Of a stretch of 64,000 nt of DNA, positions 1 through 12,805 are shown piece by piece. Positions within the stretch are counted from its first letter, which is position 1. Every line of letters begins with the position of its first letter. Below the pieces are notes generated by a model, which was not told the origin of the DNA, searched no databases, and was given only the letters and a program-made list of their open reading frames with translations. The DNA is from Podarcis gaigeae (lineage: Eukaryota): assembly GCA_964106915.2 (NCBI GenBank), contig OZ066915.1, one strand, 5' to 3'. The translations under genes and the position numbers were made by a program.

Positions 1-342
1 ATAAGCCCTTCTCACGCTACCATATTAAACAGCCATGAAGAAAGAGAGACATTTTCTATTGTGGTGCCCCTCACGTGGAACCATTTTCCTACTGAATTGA
101 GGCAGGCACTCTCAATGTTTTGGCACCTCCTCAAAATATCTCTCTGTCACCACTTAGGCCTTTGCTGGTTCTTTCCTTCTTTCCTTCTTTCTTTCTTTCC
201 TTCTTTCTTTCTGAAACTCTTTTAGTATGTTATGTTTGTATTGTTTTACTGAACTTTAACATGTATTTTGTATTTTATTACTGTAAATCACTGTGGGATA
301 CCTTGGGATGTGTGAGACAATATAGAAAGAGAATAAACTAAA
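1..342 (+). mobile_element. L2 LINE 3' end (degraded)
   Basis: Reads FSIVVPLTWNHFPTELRQA, followed by a T-rich 3'UTR with (TTTC)n and an A-rich end. Confidence 0.65.
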
Positions 343-497
343 CTAGTTCCCATATATGATCTGTTTAATTCCTGCCCATTTTCAGTTTTACTTATTTTTA
401 TTAATTCCATATGGTAATGATACTGTATTTTTAAATTAATGTATTATATATTTGTATAGCACCTTGACCCTGTATTGGTCAGCAGGATAAAAACCTG

Positions 498-499
498 TT

Positions 500-544
<45 letters not shown>
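498..544. repeat. (TAAG)n microsatellite
   Basis: Direct reading. Confidence 0.95.
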
Positions 545-545
<1 letters not shown>

Positions 546-1639
546 TTGGCCTAAAGACAAACAGGTTCATTGTGACAGATGCCCTCATGGACTAAAGTTC
601 ATCAGACACAAGAAGTGTTCTCCTTAGTTGAGTTATAGCAGGAAGTACAAAAAGTACATTCTGTGACCATTCAGCTGACATTCAAGTGTATGCAAAACAA
701 GCACAGTGACCAGTCACATCAACAGTATTTGGTGATAACATAGCCAACTTGATTACCCCCAAACACTGCTGATTTGAATGGTCACTGCGTTTATTTTGCA
801 TGCATTTAAATTTCAGTTCAGTGGTCGCAGGCTGTGCTTTTTGCATTTCATGACATTTTACGTCAGACTTTTCTTCTCCCTACCTATCCCTGACACGCAT
901 ATGTATGAAGAAAATGTCTGATGCATCTAATGAACTGGACTCTGGGCCATGAAAACTTATTGCACAATAAATCCATTGGTTTTAAAGCATCTCCAGGTAG
1001 GGCTGAGAGAGACCCCTTTTGAAACCCTGGAGGACCACTGCCAATAAGTGTAGACAATATTGAGCTAGATAGGCCAATGGCCTGACTCGGTGTAAAGCAG
1101 CTTCCTGTTACATCCCTGGCATCTCTCTTCCAAAAGAAATCTGTGAATAAGCCCTCCCTTGATTTTATAAAAACCCGACAATACATATTGGAATCAGGCT
1201 TTCTCCTGCTACCTGGCCTCTGTCTAAACTGGACTTGACATGTCCTATAGTGAAGGAGATGAAACAATGTTTGGAGCTTATTCCAGGAGCCATCTACATT
1301 TTGGAATATGTGTCTGGCCAAGCCCTTCTAGAAAAGAGCAATCTTTGATCAAATTACTTTCAGCCAGATCTTTCTTGTGATTTCATCACTTACTCATTCC
1401 CAGTGGGAAATGGTTTGTCAAAGCGCGAGTGAAACACAGAGGAGATGAACATTTGGAAAATGAACTTGTGGCAAAAAGGTTCCAAAGAAGGCTGATTTCT
1501 TTAAGGTAGATTGAAATCCTGATTTCTTAAGAGAAGCTATCAAAGCAATTTATCCAGGCATAGACAAGAGGGTATACAAAGCCAGAGAGCAAAATTGAAG
1601 CCTGAGATTCCAAGATCAAAGCCTGAGAGGACTCTCTTC

Positions 1640-1990
1640 AGATTTCAGTGACAATGTGGGCCAGATTCTGATGCTTATGGATATTGGGCATGTCCAGGAT
1701 GCCCAAAAATCTGTTCAAGATACGGCTATATATCTCAGAATGAAGAATAGAATAGGAGTTTGTTTTCCAGCAGCACATTGATCTTACTCTCTCAAAAATC
1801 TTGAGGTAGTCATGCAAACTGTCCCTTTGTATAGAGAAGAGGGAACCTATAACTGGGCTTGAACTATACAGGATCTCACAACTGTCCAGAGTTTTGAGCA
1901 TGACTTTGGCTTATTAAAAGTAAAATACATAAAGAGCTTGATACAACACCTGGCATTGTATTATTGTTATTATTATTATCATTGCCATCG
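1640..1990 (+). mobile_element. Degraded RTE-like LINE 3' end
   Basis: tggatattgggcatgtccaggatgccc resembles the RTE W-x-G-H-V-x-R-M motif and is followed by a (TTA)n-like tail. Confidence 0.4.
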
Positions 1991-3424
1991 TCATTAGTAG
2001 TATTATAACAAACTTTTTACCCCAGTATTTTACCTTAAGGAAAAAGACCTCAGGGCATAGCACATTGAGAACTAGAATCCTACAGGCAAACTCTCATAGT
2101 GATCCACGTGTAAAATGCTTCATTAAAATAAATGATATTTGAATTATCAGGGTGTTTTCAGGATGTTATCAGAGTGTTTTCAGGATGTAGCTGGCACCTG
2201 TTTAATGCAATAACACAAAACGAGGTTGACTTTGTACCTGGCAATGTAAACAGTGGGCAACTCAGACAGGTATGTATGAGTTACGGTACAACAACATTTG
2301 AAGGGTATCACATTGGCTGTTCTTGTCCTAAAGCAAAAGTCTTACTGTTCAAACTGGTTATCTTGAACAGCAACTTATTAATTGCGCATGCATCCCATGT
2401 AGCTATACGTAAGGATAATGGTTGTAAAAATCCTTACTCTTAATCTGAAAAATGTGCATTGTCTCCCAGAAATATGAAGGAATACTGCTCAGAAAAAGAC
2501 TGATTTTCGGGGAATTTTTTTTATCTCAATAGCCACGTAGGCCTTTACTCCTTACTATTTTAAATAGATTTCTCATATTGGATCAACTTTTTCACACAAT
2601 GCTTATCACAAAACCCTGGATGCTAATATCTGGCCATTTTCATACACAAGGCATTTCTTGGCTTCTGCTTGAATCAATTTGTGTACAGTCAGAATGCTCA
2701 TTCCCCCCCCCCCCCAATGCCTCTCTTTTGCATTCTCTCCCATATGAACAACAATCTGATCTTCATATAAAGAACAAGAGAGTGACTCAAAGGTGACTTA
2801 AGCCTCACGTGTATAAAAGTTCTCATAAGTGCTCCAAAGAATTCTCCCTTGATTTTGAGTGGCTCATTCTGCTTTTGTCTTGTTGCTACTATCGTCTTAT
2901 CTCAGGCCTTGTGACAATTCTTTTCCACTGGGTTGATTTTTTAAAATACACACATACACACATATAAAGAGGAAGAAGTGAACATTTACGAAAGGGCCGA
3001 GTAGATTCTGAAACTGTAAATAAACGAGGTGCATGAGTCATCCTTGTCTAGAAATGACGAGTAAGGGCAAAAAAGATAGCAGTTTACGATACAAAAGCTT
3101 TGTTCTATCCAATAGCATGAGCTCTCTGAACTTAGTATGAATCATCAGAGTATCACAATCACATTACCAGCATCAAACACCAAAAAGTCCCATGCTAAGA
3201 AAACGCTGCTTGTTATGAAATGAACCTGGTGGAAGGTGTGACCACATTCTAAAACATTATGTACAAACTGATTAGCACATGTACCTGTTGGAAACAAAGG
3301 AGTGTGTAATAATATAATATGGTGTGTGGGAAATGAACATAATTTTAGTCTTACAGTTTATAGTATAAAGAGATTTCTACATCTCTATATTTAAATTGTT
3401 ATTTATGAGAACATACTGAGGACG

Positions 3425-3656
3425 AAAGCACATCAAAGTGCAAGTAGATAAATAGGTACCGCTCCGGCGGGAAGGTAAATGGTGTTTCCGTGCGCTGCTC
3501 TGGTTTGCCAGAAGCAGCTTAGTCATGCTGGCCACACGACGAGGAAGATGCCTGCGGACAAATGCCGGCTCCCTCGGCCAATAAGCGAGATGAGCGCTGC
3601 AACCCCAGAGTCGTCCGCAACTGGACAATGGTCAGGGGTCCCTTTACCTTTACCTT
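3425..3656 (+). mobile_element. 5'-truncated Sauria (Squam1) SINE
   Basis: aagtgcaagtagataaataggtaccgc core and (ACCTTT)n tail. Flanked by TACTG(A/G)GGACG duplication. Confidence 0.9.
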
Positions 3657-3660
3657 TACT

Positions 3661-4040
3661 GGGGACGTGGGTGGAGCTGTGGTCTAAAGCACAGAGCCTC
3701 TTGGGCTTGCCGATCAGGTTGGCAGTTCAAATCCCCGTGACGGGGTGAGCTCCTGTTGCTCTGTCCCAGCTCCTGCCAATGTAGTAGTTCCAAAGCACAC
3801 CAATGCAAGTAGATAAATAGGTACTTCTGTGGCAGGAAGGTAAATGGTGTTTCCGTGCTCTCTGGCTTCCATCACGGTGTTCCGTTGCGCTAGAAGCGAT
3901 TTAGTCATGCTGGCCACATGACCCGGAAAGCTGTCTGTGGACAAATGCCGGCTCCGTTGGACTGAAAAGTGAGATGAGCGTCACACCCCACTGTCGCCTT
4001 TGACTGGATTTAGTCATCCAGGGGTCCTTTACCTTTACGT
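3661..4040 (+). mobile_element. Full-length Sauria SINE (older subfamily)
   Basis: GGGACGTGGGTGG head, B-box-like gttcaaatcc, same core, acctttac tail. Confidence 0.9.
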
Positions 4041-5034
4041 TTTTACTGTGACCATCCTAAAGTATGAAGGCATACTTTACGTTGTTACCTTTCTGTGTTT
4101 GTTCATTTCTAATAAATCTAAATCCAATACATAAGAATAAATATATTGAAAATATAGAATATTCATTTTCATTGGAAAAATTCATCTTTAAAAATAAGTA
4201 ATGCATAATTAACTGTATTATGATTAATACCACAGGTTAAGCAGCTAAAAACCAGTTTTTCCTTTGTTCAGTAACTGCTTTAAGAATAGAGAAAAGAGGC
4301 TCTGAAAATCAGAGAATCTCTCTACTGGATAATATTCCTAGCATAATATTGGCCTCTGAAATTACAGCCCAGAAACTTGATTGGGTAAACCAGATCTAGG
4401 AGTATTCCTTGGTCTCAAACCAGAGAAAAGTTTGTTCATCCCATTGAAATTAAAAGGTGTTGAGGTTAGCTGTTACTAACACATCATAGCATGATTACAT
4501 TTCTCTGGATCGGACCCTTCTATCCCATGATTGCGGAGAAAAGGGTAAAAGAAAGGAGAAGTCTGACTAAAGAATGAGTCAGGGAGGGTCATAAATGGGT
4601 GGAAGTTTTCTTGCTCTTCCCAGCTCGCAAGAGGAACAGCAGCTGTGTCCAAGCAGTTTATGCTGCATTTCCAGCCTACCAGTTATTAACTCTGCTTGGA
4701 GGGACCAAGTGGGTGAGTCATGTTTGCTGCTTCTATCCTCCTGCTGATATTTGTTGACTTAAAAAAACAACAACCCATTGCTCCCCCACATCCATTCTTT
4801 CCTCCAACATTGTGAGTTTGGTTGGAAAGAAAATTCATTATTTCCAATATTCTGCATTGTTTACACCTACGCTTGAAACACAGCTACCAGCCAGGCATAG
4901 TTTGATAGTTCGTGTGCTATATCGACATTACACAATCATTAGATTTCCCAGCTAGCTCCTGGCTACTCTTCACTTCCACGGCAGCCTATCTAGCTAGAGC
5001 AGGGTGGCCCAACTTTTCATACAAGAGTACTTTG

Positions 5035-5769
5035 TTTTTTTTTTAAATATTTTTTATTCATTTTCACAAATATAACAAAATAAAAACATAACATAACATA
5101 CAATGACATAACATAACATACTAAAACATAACATACAATAACATACATAACACGACTTCCCCAAGCCTTCCCTTCACTGCACCCTTATTTTTTTTAAGAC
5201 AGCATTTCTAGCAATCCTTCATTCCAATTCATAACTGATTCTCTTTATATTTTATTTAAATTTAAGATTTAACAGCTATAATTCTCTATCTTATATCCCT
5301 TGACATTTTAGCATTCCGAAATTTTACAACAGTTCCTAAGATAAACTTTAAATTTTCTCCAGTCCTCTTCCACCGTCTCTCTCCTCTGGTCACGGATTCT
5401 GCCGGTCATCTCTGCCAATCCCATAAATTCTGTCACCTTGGTCTGCCATTCTTCCAGAGTGGGTAGTTCTTGCTTCTTCCAATATTTTGCTAGTAGAATT
5501 CTTGCTGCTGTGGTTGCATACATGAAGAATGTTCTGTCTTCCTTTGATACCATTTGGTCGACCATGCCCAAGAGAAAAGCCTCTGGTTTTTTAGCAAATG
5601 TCCGCTTAAGAATTTTCTTCATTTCATTATAGATCATTTCCCAGTAGGCCTTAATCTTTGGGCAGGTCCACCAAAGGTGATAAAAAGTTCCTTCACATTC
5701 ATTACACTTCCAGCAATTATTATTGGGCAAATGATATATCTTTGCTAGCCTGGCTGGGGTCATGTACCA
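5035..5769 (-). mobile_element. 5'-truncated L1-clade LINE (ORF2 C-terminus, 3'UTR, polyA)
   Basis: Minus strand encodes WYMTPARLAKIY...CWKCNECEGTFYHLWWTCPKI (CCHC knuckle of L1 ORF2) to a stop at 5308. AATAAA plus polyA at ~5035-5060. Perfect 17-bp TSD CATACAAGAGTACTTTG at 5018-5034 and 5770-5786. Confidence 0.92.
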
Positions 5770-5939
5770 CATACAAGAGTACTTTGACATGGAACCTGCC
5801 TTATTGCAAGGGGGTGGGGAATGAGGCCAAAATTTGACACACACACCTCCCCCCAGCCCTTGCATTGCCTTCCCAAAGCTGGGAAAGTAAGATGCTGGAC
5901 TTTGGCAGGAAGTTGCAGGGCTCTGGCAGGGTCCTTGAG

Positions 5940-6761
5940 TAAGGTTACCATATTTTTTTCAAAGAATCCGGGGACACTTTTTTTTTGAAAAGAGGGGAAA
6001 AAAGGTTTTTAATTTTTTTTTTTAATAAAATAAAATAAGAACTAATATCTTCTCTTCTGTGGTCTCTTTTGTCGCATGGCCTTCCTCTGGGTCCCGGCCA
6101 GCTCTCTTGGAGTGCTAGCCAATGTGGAGTAGGCTCAGGTCGGGCCTGGGCTTGGCCACGTGTCCTTGTCCTCCCAGTGCTCTCCGACATTTCCTCCTCA
6201 GCGGTGGCAGCAGCTCGGCAAGGTCGGGGCTCCCCTCTTTTTTCTCCTTCCTCTTTCTCTCTCTTCCTTTTCCTCTCTTCCTTCTCCCTGCATCAGCTCT
6301 GGGGTTTTCCTGGCTCCAGAGTGTCGCTGGGCAGTCGGCTGGGTGGCTGGCTGCTCTCACTCCTGGCTCGATTTGGGTCATGGTGTGTGTGTGTGTGTCA
6401 GTGGTTCCGCCAGTTGACGCGCCGGGCGTCCCCGGTTCCCCCTTGGCACTGGTGGTGGTGGCGGCAGTCTCAGCAGCCCAGAGGCAGCCTGGTAGCGCAG
6501 TAGGCACTGGCTGGCTTCAGGAGCTGCTCACTGCCATGGAGCCCACCATTATGCCTCACCAGAAGTCCCCATATGATGTGTCTTGTGCTGTTGAACCAAT
6601 CACACAACATTCATTCCCTACTAATAAATCTAGAAAACTTAAAATATAAATCCGGGGACATTAAATGAAATCCGGGGATATTCCAGGGACGTATTTTGTC
6701 CAGGGACAGATTTGTAAATCCGGGGACTGTCCCCGGGAAACGGGGACATCTGGTAACCACA
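5940..6761. mobile_element. Non-autonomous hAT (Blackjack-like) DNA transposon
   Basis: Termini taaggttaccata / tctggtaaccaca. Subterminal tccggggaca repeats at both ends. 8-bp TSD TCCTTGAG/TCCTAGAG. Confidence 0.8.
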
Positions 6762-7207
6762 TCCTAGAGCCCTCCCACCTGCAATCCAAAGCTGGGAAAG
6801 TGCAAACTAGGCTGTGGGAAAGAGGTGAGAGAACTGTAGGACCCTTGGGCTGTCTGTAAGGATCTTCTTTTTGCTTCTTTTAATAATTTCAATGTGTGTG
6901 CGGGGGTGACAAGAAATTTTTCGCGCCGGGTACCATCTGACCTTGCTACGCCACTGTGTGTTGCACCACTCTGAGCTAAAGAGTGGAAGTGGCCTGACGC
7001 TGGGCTTGTTGGATGACCCCCAATCAGCACCATGGCCTACTCACCACAGGCAATTTGCTCAGCACCTTCCCCCCCAAACCCTGGAGCTAGACCTGCCAGT
7101 AACAATCACGATAGCTGTCAATATCATATTACACTTACAAAAATACCCTATAATATAGTAGACCCTGTGCACCAGTAAAGGTGAGCATGTTTCTGACTGA
7201 TGAGGTA

Positions 7208-7576
7208 CCGTATTTTTCGGCCCATAGGGCGCACCGGCCCATAGGGCGCACCTAGTTTTTTTGGGGGGAAATAAAGAAAAAAAAATTCCCCTCCAGGTGT
7301 GGGGCTGGGGCGGGGGAAGCCCGAGCTTCCCCCGACCCCAGCCTACAGAACAGGCAGCTCTCCACAAGCCGTGGGAGAGCTGCGCGGAGTCGCGCAGCTC
7401 TCCCACGGCTTGCGGATAGCTTCCTGAAGCCTGGAGAGTGAGAGGGGTCGGTGCGCACCGACCCCTCTCGCTCTCCAGGCTTCAGTGAAAGCCTGCATTC
7501 GCCCCATAGGATGCACACACATTTCCCCTTCATTTTTGGAGGGGGAAAAGTGCGTCCTATAGGGCGAAAAATACGG
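7208..7576. mobile_element. Tc1/mariner-superfamily MITE (CCGTATTTTTCG termini)
   Basis: TA|CCGTATTTTTCGGCCCATAGGGCGCAC ... GTGCGTCCTATAGGGCGAAAAATACGG|TA. CpG-rich, so probably young. Confidence 0.88.
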
Positions 7577-8640
7577 TAATTTTTTTAGTTGCTACACCAG
7601 CAACTAATAAAAAACAGGTAAAAGCAAGGAGAACGTGGAGGAGAAAGGTGGAATACAAATGTTTAGGATTGAGATGCCATGTGTATTTCACTGGAATTAG
7701 TGGGCCCAATTCTCTTCAGGAAACTTGGCCGGCTTAATTTGACAGCTGTGGAATGTAGAGCTTCCATATTAAGCTAATCAAAAACATTTGCAGTCTTTCA
7801 TTATGGGAAATGAAAGAATAGAAATATTTCTGACAAAAAGATATTACTGATGCAGATGTGGGTAAGAAAGGCTGAGAAGGGGGGAAGAGACACACTTCTC
7901 AAGAAAAAACTGCTGGAACACACTGCAGTAATGTCATTTACCAAGAATGTCCGCCCTTCCCAAAATGCATAAGGTTCCTATTTGTGGTCTGAAGACCACC
8001 AAAGCTAAAAATATTTCAGCTGTATTTTTAAAAAGAACTGGACAAGTTTTCTGTTTTACTTCTTCTTCTTTTTTTTAAAAAAAGATCTGCTTAACAGCAT
8101 TTTCTAACTTCTAAATGCCATTTGTTTAGCATGTCTAGAAAATTGTCTGGATTCCAGCCTACACATCATCAGGACCACAACATGGTGGGAAGAGCCCTTC
8201 TCTTCCTCGTAATTTCAGGATGTTGTTGTAATTGATAGCATAGCTGTACATAGCTGTACAAGAATATGTGAAATGAAACTTTCATTCCATGTCTGTATGA
8301 TTGTATTGGATCATGAGCTATGACCTCAAAAACTGGCCAAGAAGACTGCAAGTAAGTGGATGATGCCCCAGAGACACCTACAAAACCAGGAAGACATCCG
8401 TTGCATGGCTGCCTTATACAGGAGGCTTATTTCATGCCAGAAGATTATTTAAAATAGAGCTGGAAGTAAATATTAATCATCAAATGGGAAGTAGCTCTGT
8501 AGACAGGTCTGTGTGTTCTTAAAAATTTGCAGGATGGCAGGCAGCTCCAGAAAACTTCAGCTCTAGGGTGAGTTCTGGCACCTTTAACATTGTGTTTAAA
8601 GTGTTGTAACACACTCTGGGACCTTAGGGTGAAGATCAGG

Positions 8641-8675
8641 ATAATAATGATGATAATGATGATGATGATGATGAT
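8641..8675. repeat. (ATA/ATG)n microsatellite
   Basis: Direct reading. Confidence 0.9.
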
Positions 8676-8710
8676 ACTTTTATTTAGCATTCAAGTAAAA
8701 ATTTCCAAAC

Positions 8711-9447
8711 GGGACGCGGGTAGCGCTGTGGGTAAAACCACAGTGCCTAGGACTTGCCGATCACATGGTCGGTGGTTCGAATCCCTGCGGCAGGGTGAGC
8801 TCCCGTCTTTCGGTCCCAGCTCCTGCCCACCTAGCAGTTTGAAAGCACCCCTAAGTGCAAGTAGATAAATAAAAGGTAAAGGTAAAGGTACCCCTGCCCG
8901 TACGGGCCAGTCTTGACAGACTCTGGGGTTGTGCGCCCATCTCACTCAAGAGGCCAGGGGCCAGCGCTGTCCGGAGACACTTCCGGGTCACGTGGCCAGC
9001 GTGACAAAGCTGCATCTGGCGAGCCAGAGCCGCACACGGAAACGCCGTTTACCTTCCCGCTGGTAAGCGGTCCCTATTTATCTACTTGCACCCGGAGGTG
9101 CTTTCGAACTGCTAGGTTGGCAGGCGCTGGGACCGAGCAGCGGGAGCGCACCCCGCCGCAGGGATTCGAACCGCTGACCTTTCGATCGGCAAATCCTAGG
9201 CGCTGAGGCTTTAACCCACAGCGCCACCTGCGTCCCTGGGAGAGAGGTACCGCTTTATAGCGGGAAGGTAAACGGCGTTTCCGTGTGCTGCGCTGGTGCT
9301 GGCTCGCCAGAGCAGCTTCGTCACGCTGGCCACGTGACCCGGAAGTGTCTCTGGACAGCGCTAGCCCCCGGCCTCTTAAGTGAGATGGGCGCACAACCCT
9401 AGAGTCGGACACAACTGGCCCATACGGGCAGGGGTACCTTTACCTTT
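8711..9447 (+). mobile_element. Sauria SINE (outer; 8711-8871 plus ~9245-9447), interrupted by an inverted SINE
   Basis: Head gggacgcggg and B box ggttcgaatcc. The core is split at agataaata|ggtaccgc. ACCTTT tail. Degenerate TSD aaa(a/c)tttccaa at 8698-8708 and 9448-9458. Confidence 0.9.
8872..9236 (-). mobile_element. Full-length young Sauria SINE (inner, antisense)
   Basis: Starts with (AAAGGT)n, the reverse of the tail, and ends gcgtccc, the reverse of the head. CpG-rich and nearly identical to the 53329-53678 copy. Confidence 0.93.
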
Positions 9448-12444
9448 AAAACTTTCCAAGGGAAACCTCTCCCCGTTTCCCAATAGGTCAATATATCCTA
9501 GTATCAAAAAAGGGAATGCCAATCACAATAGCGCCCTAACAATTGCCTGGTCAAGGTGTATCGGGAAGCTGCACCTCACTCTCCACCTTTAAAGCACCTC
9601 TGTTCTTGCCAGCCTGCACGGGCTCTCTTTCCCCACCCTCACCCTGGTACTGGGAATGGGCCTCTCCTTCTATGTCTAATGATAGCCACTTACGAAGCGG
9701 TTGCCTAGCCCGAGATGTTTGTTGTGTGTACAGTTTATATCCAGCATTCTGCTAAGTAAGGAGAATGATAGCTCAGCTAACGCACTTTTCTGTTTTAGCC
9801 TCTCAGCCCTCAGAGATTATTCATAAGAGTATTTGCAGGCTGACCTTTGATTTATTTTTACAGGGGCACAGGAGTATGTAACCAAATTAATGTTGGCATT
9901 CATTCTTTTCATCCCTAATGGGACCGAACACTTTAAATGTGTTAAAAATTATCTAATAGGTCACCCTCCCATGACGAAAGGAAACAACGTTGGTTAGTTT
10001 TATTTTCTTCCACTTTTTGACCTTTTCTGCAAGGGGAGTTCCAACAGCAGGCCGCAATAGTCCTACGCAGAAGGATATGAGGCTTCCAGATTGAGGGATG
10101 CAACTGAAATCCATGGTTACAGCTCCAACCCTTGACCTTGAAACTTCTCACCCATCCGCTACAGCTTCTGCAGTGTACATAATTTTCAGGGAGGTTCTAA
10201 TTTCTGGTAGGAAATAATTAAAATGAGTCTGCAGCCCACATGGCAATATATTTGGGGATGACATCACTGACATGAAAAGCAGAATTATTGAGGAGTGGGG
10301 AAATCTCATCCCTCTGAGAAATCTCAGTCTGGAGAAAAATATTTTCATTTCCTCCTCAGGCCTTGCATTGCTCAGGCTGCCACCCATGACCATCAATTGA
10401 GGCTCTGTTCCATGTTTAGGGCAAAATTATAAGCAGGAAACGTGATGCCTGAAGTGAAGGAAAGTGCAGAGCAGAGCTACTTTGGCTGAAACCTGTAAAC
10501 ACCCAAAAGCCCTTTCTGTGTTCAAGGTGAGGAAAGCACAGCCTAGGGTGACTATTTGTCTGATTTTGCAAAACACAGTCCTCTGTTTTCAAGGGCCGTC
10601 ACAGGACAGTGGCCTGTACTTGAAGGATGTTCAGTCCAAGTCTGGTTTAAGGATAAGGAATGAGCAGTTAGCAGCATCTGGTCAGCAGACTGAGTGGGCG
10701 CATGAGTCATAACTTGGTGTATTCTCCACTTTGGTGAGATGCATTTTATTTCTTTTTAGAGTATAGTATTTTTTTCTAAATTTGTGTCTATACATAAAAA
10801 ATAATGTTTACACATAAATTATGCAAAATTTTATGCACATGTCTACCCACTTTTATCTTCTTTTTTGGCGATGTAAAATTGACCACAAGCCAGGGAAGCA
10901 GGGCCAAAACCTACTACATGTGGCAAAATGTTCAGTGACAATCCTTCACCTTCATGGTTCAAATTGTCACTTCGTCCCATCATTTCCTTTCAATGCTCTA
11001 ACAGAGTTGCCAGCTTTTCAGCTATACTCTGTAGCTATGCCTTTCACACTGCAAACATTACCAGGTGAATGGAATCAAAGGTCACCTCTTCATTTTCACA
11101 CCTTGTGTTGCTATTAAACACAGAAGAGCATGGGATTTCCCCCGTGTTATTTCATATTATAGAGCTGGTCTATTTAATGTTGTGCTAACATAAATAAAGA
11201 TTTCATTTTAAAGTCAGGTTTTTTTCTGAACACAAGCAATTTGGAAGAAATAAGGGGTGATGATGATAATAAATGACAGCCTTCCCTTGTGGATATTTGG
11301 CTCTATTTCTTATTTTCAGGATATCTTTGTGGACATTTGTGAAATGTCGTGAATTGAAGTGGGAAAATATCCCATTTCAAGCCAGTTCAGTTTTAAGCCC
11401 AGTTATTATTTTCGCTTTATGTTTTTTACTCAAAATATTGTTGCACACCACCCCAATCTCAGAGTGGCAAGCGATTCCAGGGATTTCAGGCACTTACCCA
11501 GGGTTCAGTTTCCTTGGAATAAGGGGCAGCAGAGATTGTGCTGTCTTTACAATATATGGTTTATTTACACATATATACAACCTGAGCCTACAATGGAGGG
11601 GCTCACAGCATTAATGTCCCAGAAGATCTTGCTTCTATAGTCACAACCTTGGATTCCAGCAGAAATCAAGCATGGCTCTGTCTCTCTGGCTTCTTCCTGT
11701 TTCTAGCCCACCTCAAACACACCACTCAGGCCATTGTCCTTCCTACTACCAACCAGGTGAGGGAGGGGAGCCCACCCATTTGCCCTCTGGCACAAAGCCA
11801 CTACATTTGTTATACTAACAACCATGCTTGAGCCCATTAAATCACCAGGAAGCTGGCCTGGCTACTTGAACAATTGAATCCCCCAAACTCACAACACTAT
11901 AAACAGTCACAATCTAGATCATCATCAAAATCCATACAGTATACCAATTTCCTTCTGCTTCCCAAATAGTGACTGTACGTATTTAAGATCCAGTAGCAAT
12001 AAAGGGCAAGTGTTAGCATTGTGTGTATTCTGGATCTCATATTTTTGCACTGGAGACAGTGTATGTCAGTTCCTCTACAGACATACCTGTTCATTGAGCA
12101 TTCATCCTAATTTGCACAAAGCTTACACGGAGATTAAACTACGGTATGTCTGACCCTTTTCAAGCATTCATTGGGGTTTGCTTGCAGGGATGTTAGACAA
12201 CAATGAACATTTATTCCAATTTGCTTACGCAGCTTTTATTATTTATTTAGTTCATGCAATTATACACCACTTGAGTGTTTAAAAAAAGTTCTTGGCATGC
12301 TTTACAATGATTTATATGTCTTCACATTAATTATCCATTAACCCTACACTTTTCAATAACTTTCCCCATCACTTTCCTAGCTGGAAAAGTCATTTTTTAA
12401 AAAGAAGTGGATTTGTTGTAACAGAGCACTTGCATCCACTCCAG

Positions 12445-12805
12445 GGTGGTCTAAACCACTGAGCCTCTTGGGCTTGCTGATCAAAAGGTTGGCGGTTCAA
12501 ATCCCCATGACGGCGTGAGCTCCCATTGCTCTGTCCCAGCTCCTGCCAACCTAGTAGTTTGAAAGCACACCAGTGCATGAAGATAAATAGGTACTGCTGT
12601 GGCAGGAAGGTAAATGGTGTTTCCATGCGCTCTGGTTTCTGTCACGGTGTTCCGTTGCGCCAGAAGCAGTTTAGACATGCTGACCAAATGATCTGGAAAG
12701 CTGTCTGTGGACAAACTCTGGCTCCCTCAGCCTGAGGTGAGATGACAACCCCATACAGTAGTCACCTTTGACTGGACTTAACATCCAGGTGCCCTTTACC
12801 TTTAC
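12445..12805 (+). mobile_element. Sauria SINE, slightly 5'-truncated
   Basis: SINE body and ACCTTT tail. Perfect 12-bp TSD CATCCACTCCAG at 12433-12444 and 12806-12817. Confidence 0.92.

Noticed and set aside
5308-5865. 185-aa ORF as a host gene
   Set aside because: Only 5308-5769 is L1 ORF2. The N-terminal ~32 residues read through the TSD into unrelated flank.
6069-6649. Overlapping 130-175 aa ORFs and a CpG-rich patch resembling a gene or promoter
   Set aside because: They lie inside a hAT element bounded by TIRs and a TSD. The peptides are low-complexity with no transposase motifs.
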